A DNA stretch of 63,829 nt, the filler included, from Perkinsus chesapeaki ATCC PRA-425 (lineage: Eukaryota > Protista > Perkinsozoa), in the NCBI GenBank assembly GCA_013115145.1. It is 15 parts of 15 records of this genome, joined end to end, with 100 filler letters (N's around TTAATTAATTAA, not from the genome) between each part and the next. Parts side by side here need not be neighbours in the genome. Positions count along the whole stretch, not along the records: positions 8,125 to 29,832 come from JAAPAO010000590.1; positions 29,933 to 31,470 come from JAAPAO010001906.1; positions 31,571 to 32,591 come from JAAPAO010002272.1; positions 32,692 to 33,834 come from JAAPAO010002158.1; positions 33,935 to 43,887 come from JAAPAO010000915.1; 10 more parts are not named here. One strand, 5' to 3'. The notes under the pieces are model-generated. The model did no database searches and had not been told where the DNA came from. It saw nothing but the letters and a program-made list of their open reading frames with translations. The position numbers and the translations under genes are program-made. Positions 25,701-37,600 of the stretch are shown piece after piece (within the stretch, counting starts at the first letter, position 1; every line of letters begins with the position of its first letter).

Positions 25701-27480
25701 GAAATGATAGAGGCCAAGTTGGAGAAGCTGCAAGCTGAGCTGGTTGAGAGTGATGTAGGATGGCGGAAGGGTGATAGGGAGCAGCAATGGGAAAGTGTTG
25801 TATCTGGCCTTCTCCCCTTGAATGCCTCACCTTTGCTTTTTGCCGCCTGCAAAGTATCTACGATAGTTAGCTTGTGAGGCTTATGTGGCCGCCCAAAGAA
25901 GGGTGTTGGTGGGGGGGGCAGAGGTAGACCTTTTTACATGTAGACGATGTGTGTTTTAGTCGGAGTGGCAGAGGATGGTGGAGGAGCAGGTGTCTGCGGC
26001 GCTGGGCCATCTGGAGTCCGAAGTGGACCCGCAGTTGACAAAGCTGGTTAGGATGGGCTCTATGAGTGGGAGAGTGTGATAGGCAGCTGTTAGGGCGAGT
26101 CTATGAGGGAAGTAATGGAGAGGGTGAGGAGCGCAGAGGCATCGGCAGGGGAGCTGTTTGGATTGAGGAAGGAAGTTGGTATATTGAGGAGGAAAGTGGA
26201 GGAGGAGAAGGTGCGGGGGAGGAAATCGTTACTACTCAGCGACAGAGCCAGAGTTCACTGGCGGGATAGGGGTCATTCTCTCCATTCGAAAATGGGAGCT
26301 CCGTTTTACTGTGGAAGCTCGATGATGGAAACAACGGTGGGAGGGGCAATGTCGGAAGATCAGATCGGAACTCCCTCGGTGTCCTTCGGTTCCCTGATTC
26401 GGGCTACCTCTGTCTTCGTTGAGCTAGCTCACGGACTAACGCTTGGGGTTTTATTGCCAGGCAACGGGACCTGGTGGCGAGTCTGGAGGAGGCTTCATCG
26501 TTGATCGTTTAGCAGCTTGTGAAGATGCTATTAAGGAGGCTGTAGAGTACACTTGTGTGCTTCGGGGGTGAGAGCTTCTCAGGTGAAGTGCGCTGGGGAA
26601 GTGGAGGGCTTACGGAAGGCCCTGGGCGAGGTGGGCGGACTGCGGGGGTTGGGATGGACGAATGCGACATGTAGATATCGCAGGCTGTGAGCCGACATGA
26701 AGGAGCTCTGGCTGCAGCTGAACGGCGGTCGTCACCTAAGCGAGAGGGAGGTGAGGGAGTGCGTGCTGGTGGTGAGAAGCGAGAATGGTGTTAGGTGTAC
26801 GAGAGGGTGAGCAGGAGGCTACTATAGCTGAAATGCAGAAGGCTATTCAGACGGTAAGGGAAAGGGGGAGGGGCGTACACAGTCTTACACAGCATAAGGA
26901 GGCGGAGGAGGCGGATTTAGGAGAAAATCCCTGAGTGAGTTTTTGTTTGAAATAGATGGTATGATGCAACTGGAGTAGTTGTGGGTGTCTTATGTGTGTA
27001 TTATGGCAACATAATCGGCGAATTGGTAGATTCGGTATTACTGGCCGATCTGCCTGGACAGGTCACTGTTGCTAGCTATCACGCATCATTCAGAAATATT
27101 ATGACACTTTACGAGAATTGAATAGCAGTGAAAATAGAGGTTGTAGATCCCCTTGGTGCATTCCATCAGTGTTTGCTATGGTTCATAATACCATGAGTTG
27201 ATTTAAGGTTCATGTTCCTTGCCGGGGGGAAGGGTAGTGTTACTGTCAGGTCCACTCCAGAATGTGCAGGCTGGCCAGCGCCATAAGGGAGCTCTATTCT
27301 GATTGTCGGACATCACTGTCTAATAACTTTCCAGAGGCAGCAGCAGCAGGCGACGTAGGGGTGGACGGTGCGTCATGGTGACACGGTTTTGGTAGGGCGG
27401 CTGCGGCCTTGATATTCCGGACTGGAGCGATGAGAGCATTCTTGCGACTAACCAATTGAACAGGTAAGGCTGCCCTCATT
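19795..27480 (+). CDS. Large multi-exon Glu/Arg-rich coiled-coil protein (one or more genes; 3-prime end uncertain)
   Basis: Purine-rich plus strand; heptad-rich exons at 22433-22680, 23634-24533, 24904-25140 and 26103-26230; first spliced exons give MSAGSRLHIPPVSAEYTALEGKIE/HIERVCRLELEQHTRKCRAELTERIDD. Confidence 0.65.
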
Positions 27481-28919
27481 GAAACTCTCCCCGTACGGGC
27501 GGGGTCATCATAGAAAATAAAATATGTGTTGGTAGCGGCGAATACCTATACAGTATGCCGGGATGACTGCCACTATCGCACCCGTAGGACCGCTGTTATC
27601 CTATAGTAGGTACTCTTAGTAGTCCTGTAGGCAATTAGCGATAGTCCTCCTGGTAGCAAGGACTAGTACCAGAATGACTTGATCAGGCGTCCACCATCGA
27701 TTACCTTTTCTCCGGCGGGCTCCCAGCGCACCTCACCAGCGTCATACCATTGCGCTCGACGAAGCAGCCCTCAGCGAGGTGCGGGTACTCCAGGAAGTAG
27801 GAGGTCTCCTGGCAGCGGGATGAGGAGCAACTGAGGAGGGAGAGTGCCTCTGTCTTATTGCCGAACTCTAATTAGTTGATTATCATCATGTCGACACATA
27901 GGGACATTTCTTAGCCGTTGTTGGTAGTTGTTGTGTTACCGGTTGTGGGTAGGAGGAAGTGGGCGTAGATAGTATAGTAGTTGATGAATGTGTTGAAGAC
28001 ATCGAAGCAAGGAGCAGCAGCAGGGCAGCAGCAGCAGGGAGAGGAGGGCCAGGAGAGGAGGGCCTCGTTTATAAGACGGGTAGGCTGCGGCAGGTATTGG
28101 TCTATTCGAGCGCTTGAACACAGACTGTTATTTGTATGCCCACTGTACTTGAGGGTTAAGTGATGTGGCAATAGCTCAGGCAGCCTCAGTGTAACGCCAA
28201 CTCAGTGGGCCAATTTCGCTTTATGGGTTAAATGGTGCTGCCGAGGGGAGAACAAAAATGATACTCGGAGGCCCAGGAAGGGACCCTCCTTCACTGAAAC
28301 GCGACTGGCTTGTAGCGCCACTCTATCCAGCTGAGGAGATTGAGGAAAGTGAATATCATCAGCAATCGCTGCTTTCAGATATTCTGTGCCGGCCTGCCTG
28401 TCTTCCTGGCCAACCCAGACGGTTCGCTATCGGAGGGGCGTCCTTATGGCTACCGCGATCCCACTCCGCCTCGGACACCGAGGGAAGGGTTTATGACAGC
28501 TGCTGACATATCGGCCAGGTGAGGGCATGATTCGGATGCAGATGACGACTAATATTGTATACCACAAAAATACAGTTGGTTCGAGTCATAATATACGTTT
28601 GTAATGCACGCTATATGAGACTTTCATGATGAGAGCTCACTTGGTGAATTGTTCTTGAATGGACATATCCCAAACCGCTTCATTCCAGGCTGATGCGTGG
28701 CCGTACTAGTCGCCGACCATCCCACTATCATCGAGCAACAATCATATTCGGGTGTTGAGGCCACGGTCCTCGATTTGGCCGGAATCATTACTCATCCCGT
28801 TTTACTTGGTGTTGTGGGGGGGGTTTTTAGGAGACCCTCGTGATGGATGAGGCTCTTATGTGCTTAGGTTGTTCGGAGATGTGCTTGGTGGTGGAGATCC
28901 TCTTGTGGTCTCGGAGGAG

Positions 28920-29442
28920 CTTACTCTCCTCTATGAGCGTCACCGGACGGCTTTCGCCATTCTTCTAGTGGTGCAGGCGGTAGGTGAACTGTAATCCTCA
29001 TGCTGCTGGCGCTGCACGAATTGCACGCAGGTTATCGAAGCCTTGTTCTTGGCCTACCACATTCATCACAGTGCGCTTGCGATACATGACATCTCTACAA
29101 TGTATCTTGGCGGTTCGCTAATGGCTTTGTATGACAGTGATGACAGGTATCGAACGTCCTCGCACAAGCTGGTCACGGTCGTGTTTTGGAGCGTTATGGC
29201 GGCCGAGATGGTCTATATGACGGTTTATTTGGCTATAGGCTTCTGGAGCATCTACACTCACAGGGCCAAGCATTATGGATACTTCTCCACCTGCTGTCTC
29301 ACGGGTGAGCCTCTGATGGTGTCCGCCTGAATGGTCCTTTGTGGTGGTTTTAGGCATTGTCGGGCACGTGTTGCTGGCGTATGCGAACCAGTTCAATCTC
29401 ATTATATTCTTTCTAAGGCTTACCAGTTACATATACGGCAAG
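28920..29442 (+). CDS. Exons of a multi-pass membrane protein, family not recognised
   Basis: Spliced hydrophobic peptides LLYERHRTAFAILLVVQA / VIEALFLAYHIHH...VVFWSVMAAEMVYMTVYLAIGFWSI / IVGHVLLAYANQFNLIIFFLRLTSYIYG with GT-AG boundaries. Confidence 0.55.
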
Positions 29443-29760
29443 TAGGCACGAGGAGTAGGCCGCTTTCGAGTTTCCACGATCTTTGGGGTGTGAGAGGATG
29501 AGATTCGTATGTACCCGATCTGGTCGAACGGCAGTTCAGTACCAGTCGGGGACCGTCGGGCCAGATTATATTATAATATTACTAATACTTTATACTAGTC
29601 CCACTATCCCGCCCACGGTACCAAGAAGGTGGCCGCGTGGCGTCAGTTTTTCTGCTGTAAAGGGATGAAGTAGTTGCCTACTAGTAATCGTCCTCACAGC
29701 CAAAGGTGCGGGTTTAGCCGACCAATGACCGTTGTGAGGATTCGTACCAGTGGCGTAGCT

Positions 29761-29832
<72 letters not shown>

Positions 29833-29932
29833 NNNNNNNNNNNNNNNNNNNNNNNNNNNNNNNNNNNNNNNNNNNNTTAATTAATTAANNNNNNNNNNNN
29901 NNNNNNNNNNNNNNNNNNNNNNNNNNNNNNNN

Positions 29933-30008
29933 TTCCTATCAAACTCCTTTCTATTATATCTCCTCCTCCGTATCACTAGTAACATATTTCCTATCAAACT
30001 CCTCCTAT
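29933..30008 (+). repeat. 55-bp minisatellite at contig start
   Basis: Same unit as at 31346-31470 (CTATTATATCTCCTCCTCCGTATCACTAGTAACATATTTCCTATCAAACTCCTTT). Confidence 0.9.
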
Positions 30009-30042
30009 TCTTTGCTGCATTATCGACTCGCCTTCCTGATAG

Positions 30043-31288
30043 ATACGCTCATTCTGATAGCCCAGGAGCGCATCATCGCGGATCAGGGTTCAGCAAGGAC
30101 GAACTCGGTCGTCTCGTTGTGGCATTGCTCGAAACCCTTTTTGTTGTTCATTATAAGGATCTGGTAAGCTGACGAACTTGCGCCGTCAAATGTGATGGAA
30201 GCGATGGAAGTGACTTGTGCACAGAAATGAGTATATGAACTAGCATTGATGTGATGGTACATTATTTATACGCATTTTCCCCGTCTGAAAGTAGAAGAAG
30301 ATCTGCTGAATATTCGCGCTGATTTTTTTGGCGGAAAAGTGCAAGGATATTAATTTTTTGGAGGTAACCGGGTCAGGTTCATCTCGACATCAAACCTGGC
30401 AATTTCATGCTTACTCAAGATGGGAAATTGAAAATCATCGATCTAGACGGCGCAGTGCCGGCCGGTAGCCTGGTTGACCCAGACAACAGCTTGGTTGCAT
30501 TCACAGCAGCGTAAGTCTCGGAAATGTCTGCCATTGCTGGTGTTTTGCTGCACAGTGGAAATGTTTCGATCTTGTTCGTGCGGAACTTAATATGCTGTAA
30601 TAGAGTCAACGTCGAGTGGGGTAAGCAGTTGATAAGCAGCGGTAGCAGCCAACATAGCAGGGTCTTCACCGATCACGTACTTATTTATTTGGGAGAAGCG
30701 AATGCACGCTCTGAAGTCACTGATATGTCGTCTAACTCCATTCCTTGGTTCGGGGTCTGAGGCTGAACAATGGTCAACGTGAGTTCGATCCCTGGCTGGG
30801 GTATAACATTCCGATTATATCTTTTTTATTGTATTGGGGCGCCATAGAGGAACATCAGGCGCTTCCAGGAGAAGAACATTCTAACCTCTTCACACATTTC
30901 CAAACAGATATATCTGCTGCGCATTCGTAGCACTTCTTGCGAGCCAGAACCACGTTTCGGAGATGCCAATGACAATTTTATATTCTCAGAAAGAATGGAT
31001 TCTCATCCTCTACAAATCGTACGGAAACTGACAGTCGGCTTTCCTGTAGGAAATACACTCTTCAGCGTTTAAAAATTTGAAGGAGTTTCCCTCAAAAGGC
31101 GAGGGTATCTTTGGAGCCTCCTCGAATGTTGCGCTTCAACCTCAGATATTGCTCGCCAGAGTTAGCGAGATCAGTTATTAGACTTGAAAAAGAACTTCAT
31201 GGCCAAGCGGGATGCACGGCCACGTTCGAGGCATCTAGAAAGATGGATGTGTGGAGTTTGGGAGTGACAATCTGTGAATTGTTCAACG
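30043..31288 (+). CDS. Protein kinase, internal exons (subdomains VIa-IX)
   Basis: Exons 30043-30163, 30377-30510 and 31146-31288 splice in frame: LFVVHYKDL/VHLDIKPGNFML...KIIDLDGA...VAFTAA/YCSPE...MDVWSLGVTICELF. Non-RD kinase with DLD in place of DFG. Confidence 0.85.
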
Positions 31289-31345
31289 GTGAGATGAAGT
31301 ATTCACAAAAAAATGCATTTAACGTTTATTATCTTCTTGAGCTGT

Positions 31346-31470
31346 CTATTATATCTCCTCCTCCGTATCACTAGTAACATATTTCCTATCAAACTCCTTT
31401 CTATTATATCTCCTCCTCCGTATCACTAGTAACATATTTCCTATCAAACTCCTTTCTATTATATCTCCTC
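31346..31470 (+). repeat. 55-bp minisatellite running into gap
   Basis: Unit starts at 31346, 31401 and 31456 (period 55). Confidence 0.95.
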
Positions 31471-31570
31471 NNNNNNNNNNNNNNNNNNNNNNNNNNNNNN
31501 NNNNNNNNNNNNNNTTAATTAATTAANNNNNNNNNNNNNNNNNNNNNNNNNNNNNNNNNNNNNNNNNNNN

Positions 31571-32484
31571 CCACCAAGTCCCAAGGAAGGACTGTGATGA
31601 CTTCTGACTTTTTGTCGGAGATACACGGCTTTATCAAGTACAGCAAAAGCGACCCTTTGGTTCCAGGAGAGAGGACGGGTTGCGTGCTTGATGTAACTGC
31701 GGACGGGTACTATAATAGTGAACGATGCCAAGTTGACTTTCTGGAGTGTAGTGAGGCCGTTGCCGGGCTAAGCAGAGAGAATGGTAAGAGGCTTCACTGC
31801 GCGTTCCTAACTGACAGAAGCCCTATCCACTGTAAGTACCCTGAGGACGCGCTCAATGCTCGGCAGATGAATGTGAAGCCTGGTGGGAGACAACCGAAAA
31901 TGCGTGACGGATGGTTCTGGTCAGACGAGAACAAAATTATGCAAAAGATGGTGTTCCCTTCCACTCATCCTGATTATCCAGGGTTACCCAAGGGACTTCG
32001 TGAGGTGTGTAGGGAAAGGTTTGGGGAAAGCTGGGTATCTGGGAAGCGACACGAAGAGCTCGTAGACGCGCTCATGGCCTGTGACGATTTCAAGAGTCAA
32101 AGAACTGTATTGGAAGAGCAGGCATTGGCTAGAGGGGATTTGGTTATATTTGGTGTTAAGTTCCACCCTGAATTGGCCCCCATAGAAGCCGCATACCGAT
32201 CAATAGCCAAGTCTCTAAGGATCTCCAATACATCGGGCTCTTCCAAGGGTTTCGTAGAAAGGGTGGAAAAAGCACAAGAATGTGAAGACTTGACACTGGA
32301 CCTGATTCGTAAACATTTCCGATCAGCGCGCGAATATCTCGCTCTCTATCGTGAAGGAAGATCTATGGATGAGATTGAGAAGCTGAGAGGTGAGAAGCGG
32401 AAGCACAGGGGGGCTGCGCCGGCTTTGAGGATGTCCCCCGAGCGCTCGCAGAAAGGCAAGTATACAAGGAAGCGTTTAGGTTGA
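31571..32484 (+). mobile_element. IS630/Tc1/mariner-like DDE transposase, 5-prime truncated
   Basis: KSQGRTVMTSDF, FLTDRSPIH, DALNARQMNVKPGGRQPKMRDG, PKGLREV, DFKSQ and KFHPELAPIE resemble the fungal/oomycete-type family with the PKFHCELNPIE motif. Confidence 0.85.
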
Positions 32485-33511
32485 TCTTCTGCCTCTTTTA
32501 CTATGCTTACTCATTTTATAAAAACTGTTCTGTGTTGTTAATAACTACTGCTTGAGTTATTGTGCCGTTAGGAGTAACAGCCTATTACTAANNNNNNNNN
32601 NNNNNNNNNNNNNNNNNNNNNNNNNNNNNNNNNNNTTAATTAATTAANNNNNNNNNNNNNNNNNNNNNNNNNNNNNNNNNNNNNNNNNNNNTGTCTTTCG
32701 TCCTCGGCTCTGGTCTTTGCCTTGGCGTTTGGTGTAATATAATGTAGAGCTGGGTCTGCGTAGGCATACTTGAGTGCATGTTGGCCGGGTGAAAGAACCC
32801 CGAGTGTCACCCTTAGTCTTCAGCTGGCCTCTACATTTTCCTCATCCCAGGAAATACTTTTTTGTGCTGAGGGGCGGGAAAAGTTTTCCGGGTTTGGGTA
32901 GAGCTCCCTCAAAACGTTCCTTGTTTGCCAATATACACACTCGAGCATGTACAGTATATGTACCAATACCGCTTTCACTATATATCAATACGTCTACCTT
33001 TGATATACTCTACTACTTTCAGACATATACAAATAGTCAGAAAATGAACAGAGTGAGCCCCCGACTTGCGCAGGTGTTTGGAGAATGCGCAAAATGCTGG
33101 GGATCCTGAAACTCTCACCGCTTTGTACCTCTTGTGTATTCTCAAATTCACCAACTCAATTACTTATAGCAATTGATAACTGATATTAATACAAAATTTT
33201 GTAGCAACCTACTTTGACATTATTTATACAGCTCATTGACTAGTAGTAGCTCGATGATTACCACGAAGCATCAAGACTAATGCTCCAAGCAATTGTGTAC
33301 AAATAGACTGTACGTAGCTATCCAGGTCATAGAGTGTATACACATGTTAGCGAAGGGAGGCGCTGCTTATCGGGAATCGCGGTCCGGGACTAGCTCAGGG
33401 CGGATTACGCAAAAACCAAGGACGCAGGATCCACCAGACCAGCAGTCATCAACCTATAAAGCATAGATGTATATCAAACAAAAGAATCACGAGATCTTAC
33501 CGTTTTGCAAT

Positions 33512-33811
33512 TCAAGCGGCAGTGCCCCCAACAGGCCATTTGGCGAGATCCTCTATTTGTAGTGACCTCAGGGCAATCCTCTTGTGTTTGACACGGCTTG
33601 AAACAAAGGTAATGTCCGTGAGCCCACTGAAAACATTCGGCGATATACAGAAGCCCAGAAAGAGCGCCCTTACTCTTGGTTTTTCTTCCAACTCTAAGCC
33701 AGGAGGGCAGAGTGAAGGGGTGTCAGTCAAGCTTGAAGTGCCACCTAACGCGTGGAACTGTTCTTCAGCAACCGCTACAAAAGCGACGGCCAATTGAGCG
33801 AACAACTTCAT
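33512..33811 (-). CDS. Possible secreted hypothetical protein (first exon?)
   Basis: MKLFAQLAVAFVAVA signal-like start; no recognisable domain. Confidence 0.25.
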   Translation of the reverse strand: MKLFAQLAVAFVAVAEEQFHALGGTSSLTDTPSLCPPGLELEEKPRVRALFLGFCISPNVFSGLTDITFVSSRVKHKRIALRSLQIEDLAKWPVGGTAA

Positions 33812-33934
33812 GAATGATAATTGAAGCTGAAGACNNNNNNNNNNNNNNNNNNNNNNNNNNNNNNNNNNNNNNNNNNNNTTAATTAATTAANNNNNNNNNN
33901 NNNNNNNNNNNNNNNNNNNNNNNNNNNNNNNNNN

Positions 33935-34007
33935 TAGTGATACGGAGGAGGAGATATAATAGAAAGGAGTTTGATAGGAAATATGTTACTAGTGATACGG
34001 AGGAGAG
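33935..34007 (-). repeat. 55-bp minisatellite, reverse orientation, at contig start
   Basis: Reverse complement of the unit at 31346. Confidence 0.9.
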
Positions 34008-34039
34008 ACGTTAAATGTTTGGAATTTACTGTCCCCATG

Positions 34040-34670
34040 GCTCCCTGCACTCTTCAATTCGCGCCACTGAAACGAGATCGTCCTCCTCATAGATTATTAA
34101 GCTTTAAAGATGTATGTTTACCCCAAGGGTGACAGAAAGAAGACCTTTATTGTGCGTCGAACAACTTCAACTCTTACTGATTATTATAAGTTCCGCTGTT
34201 GTGTGGTCTGTACAATTTGAACCAAGACTCGCCGTCTGTAGCAAGATGATTCGCAATACGCGTTCCTGTAGACGACGATGCAATGGCCAATTAGAAATGG
34301 GTTCGTACTCTGCCATGCCAGCAGTGCTTTTGGATTTATTTTCATATGAGTATCTTTATCTAGCACCCACAGTGTGGTTTGTATCATTCCCAGGCCGGAG
34401 CTTAAAATATAGAAGTCATCAAGGGAAGTCAGGAAACCGGCGTAGGAGGAGAAGCTCATCACCTGACCCATAAATTCGCGCGCCACGAAATTGACGAGTT
34501 CACCTCAGCGTTGTTTTCTTGGAAATGCAGGTGGTAGTGCTTGTAGATCCTATTTGTAGCCGCGTAACTGAACTCAGGAAGAAGCCAGTAGACATCCACA
34601 AGGATCGAACACTCCCAAAGAGAATGCAGTGGATTCTCCTTTCGACCCTTGAAACATATTTTCTTCATGC
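34040..34670 (-). CDS. Phospholipase B-like (PLBD, Ntn-hydrolase) internal exons, partial
   Basis: [46 protein letters not shown] and [34 protein letters not shown] match PLBD motifs ([26 protein letters not shown]). Confidence 0.8.
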
Positions 34671-37600
34671 ATCCGAAGTAGGAACACGAACACGTTTTTG
34701 GGAGGCGGGATAAGCTCTTACTAAGGATGCAGTCGCAATTCTCACTAGTTTGCGCATAATCGTTGTGATTATCAGAATTGTGCGTTTATGTTTCCCACAG
34801 GACATGTTCAGTACTATTGGTGACTGCGCGTAGGTGAATATGAACCTTGTGAGTATCATTGCGAGTCGCCCACTGGGCGAGTGGTAGTATTTGAAGTTTA
34901 ATCATTGAGGTACATCTTAAAGATTCCCTTCAATGACAATAATGCGGTTTATGTTTCTAGAGCTGCGATGGTGCGTCAATTCCGACCAGAGTTGGGAGGA
35001 ATTTCATCAACCTTTTTTGGCCATCATCGGGAGCTGTATCTCTGTCAATCATGGAGTCTGATGAGGCAGTGTCACCAGGCGAAACGACTAACGACTTTCC
35101 CGGAGCTGTGTCGAAGTGTAGAGCGTATTACTGCTGACAAATGAGGGACTGACATCATTTTAATAACAACGAATGGAAGAAGTTTCACATTTTCATGATT
35201 AACTGTCATGATCGACGTGTTTAAAGGAGCATCGGGAGCATCCTGCTTACGTGAACCACGCTGAGTGTCCAAACCTCAAATCGGAGAAGTCGGGGGAGAC
35301 CTTTACGAGAGCTGTACACATGGAATGGAGGAAGATACCCCTGAAATAGCAACACTATGGCGCTTCAGCCCCTTACTGAAGGACGCAGCCTAATTGCAAG
35401 ACACTAAAGAGTGGTGATCAAAGAAATCTAAGACTATAAATTTGCTCAATCGCTCAATGACGCCCTCGGTACAGAGTGACACGGTCATAGGAAAATTTGC
35501 CGAGAAAAATGATGGGAATTCTTGTACCATTTTTGATGGAAAGCACAGAATTTTCCCCACTCATGGACAACATTCATCTTAACGATGAACCTTTCTGAAT
35601 ACGCATTGAGGCGACCGCGCTCATATTCACCATCTAGTAGAGCTTTTTCTAAAGTGTAGTTGAAATTGTCATCGAAACAGCAACTTACAATGGGTCAGTC
35701 GAGCTCCTGCTGTTTGTTATGTTTGACTCCAAGAGGGCATACCTGTAGGAAGCTCAGGGATTCGGCAATGAGCGCAAAGCTTACACGACGTCAAGTAGGT
35801 CACCGACAGCGTTGAGGACAGTGGCTATCTGCCATGGATCTGCATTATAGGTTTTCTCTGTGATGTTATGCTCATCAAAGTACCTTGATACGAAAAGAAT
35901 ATTCAAAGAGACATTGCCAAATGTAAGCTAACGTACAGAGACTCATTTCCCAGGCCCCAGATTCAGAGAGGCTTTCTTATTTCAGCCTGCAGTGGCACGC
36001 GTACTTGCCATCTGCATTGAATCGATCAAGTGACCACACGAACGCATTCCTAGGGTAACACCAAATCTTGCTAGGCATGGCATCGCGAACAGTTGGCGAA
36101 GCGACGATATCTGATTTTCCCCGCCAAAGTGCCTATTAAACTTTCGAACGTTACATTCAAATTGAACAAATTCGTAATGTATCTTGGCATTAGGAAAACT
36201 GTAGGACCTTCCAATTATATGCCACATGAGGCTCGAAGAATCTTCGGGCGGATGCAAGTCAATGTGGCCACAAGGGGAAAGCATATCAAAATCCCTCAAC
36301 CGGTCCAGCATCGCTTATTCTCACTCTATCCCAGTGGGCTTGGTATCTTTCACAAGTGCGTAGTTCTACAAGTTGCAATACCCACTGACTAAGGACGTAC
36401 TGCTGAATCCCTGCCACCTCTCCTTTGAACTGATGTAAGACAAAGTTAGCTGTTTGCCAGTAATCCTCGTGTACGTCTTCGAAGCGCCTCTGAGTGTCTG
36501 CTCGCGAGAGTACTAGAATTCACTGAAATATCAAAGTACTTTGTCGAGCTCCTTCGGATGATTTGTCGTGAGCCCCGGCTTGCTCTTCAAACCAATCGTA
36601 TTGTACTTTCAAGAATTCAAGGACGACCTGATAGATTAGATTATTCGGGCCGATACGGAAAGTGTCGTACATCAGGAAATGGTTTATCAACTTCTCCGAG
36701 GAAGTAATCTCGCAAATTAAGAAAGTTATTGATGATGTGCTCGCCAGTGATGTAACCTTCAAGGAATCTAAGTAAGCTAAATAGCAGTGAGGAGGGGACA
36801 AAGATACTCACCCTGCGGCGTAGGCTTGATGCTCAGCCGAGTGAGAATCATTGGTATCTGAAGTGTGGCTAAACTTGTTACACAATGGACTAAACCAGGC
36901 AGAACGGAGTGTCCGTCCCACGTTGAATTCAAGCACATTTCCGAGTGCATACTCTACGCCAGAACGAGATAAATAGGCGTTTGCTGTAGCCAGCGCAAGT
37001 TAGCCTGACTACTAGGAACGACGTTCATTTCTCTGTGATGGAAACACCTCAAATCGATCTAAGAGATCGTATCTTTCAGTAAGAGAGCGCATCAGAAATT
37101 CTAATACTCTACGGGAAGGTTTGTTTGAGGTGCAATATGAGCCTTACAAATCTCGAGGACACCCCAACCTCGGGCTAGCAAAGAGTCTTCAAAGTATCTA
37201 AGAGGACAGAAAGCTAACAGAAACGCGGCAGAGCCTTAGGGCATGGAGGGGCAAGAATTTTGCCAAGTGTTAGCCGATTTTTGGCCACAACTCACACTGA
37301 AAATTGGCAAAGTGCTTTGAAGTACTTAAATGGAATGATTAATGATAGTGTTTATATCAAAGAGACAAACATGTTACAGTGCGTACCCCTTAGCAGCTGC
37401 TGAGTCGTCTTCTATTCCTCGTTCTAGTCTTACTCCAAAAGAAGCACTGTGATGTTTGTTCGTTGAATCTATCGACAAGGGTGCAGCGCTGGCACTTTGC
37501 GACGAAGCGTACCAGAAATGAAGACGGAAGCCGGGTAGGTGTTAAATGAGCCAGCATCTTGAGAGCTCACAGCTGTAAGCAGTGAGGTCACGAAGGATAA

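Noticed and set aside
19971-25852. Many Ser/Pro/Leu-rich minus-strand ORFs
   Set aside because: Shadows of the purine-rich coiled-coil exons on the plus strand.
29761-29832. 72-nt poly-G (G-quadruplex or poly-Gly ORF 29674-29880)
   Set aside because: Pure homopolymer running into a contig end; most likely a sequencing or assembly artefact.
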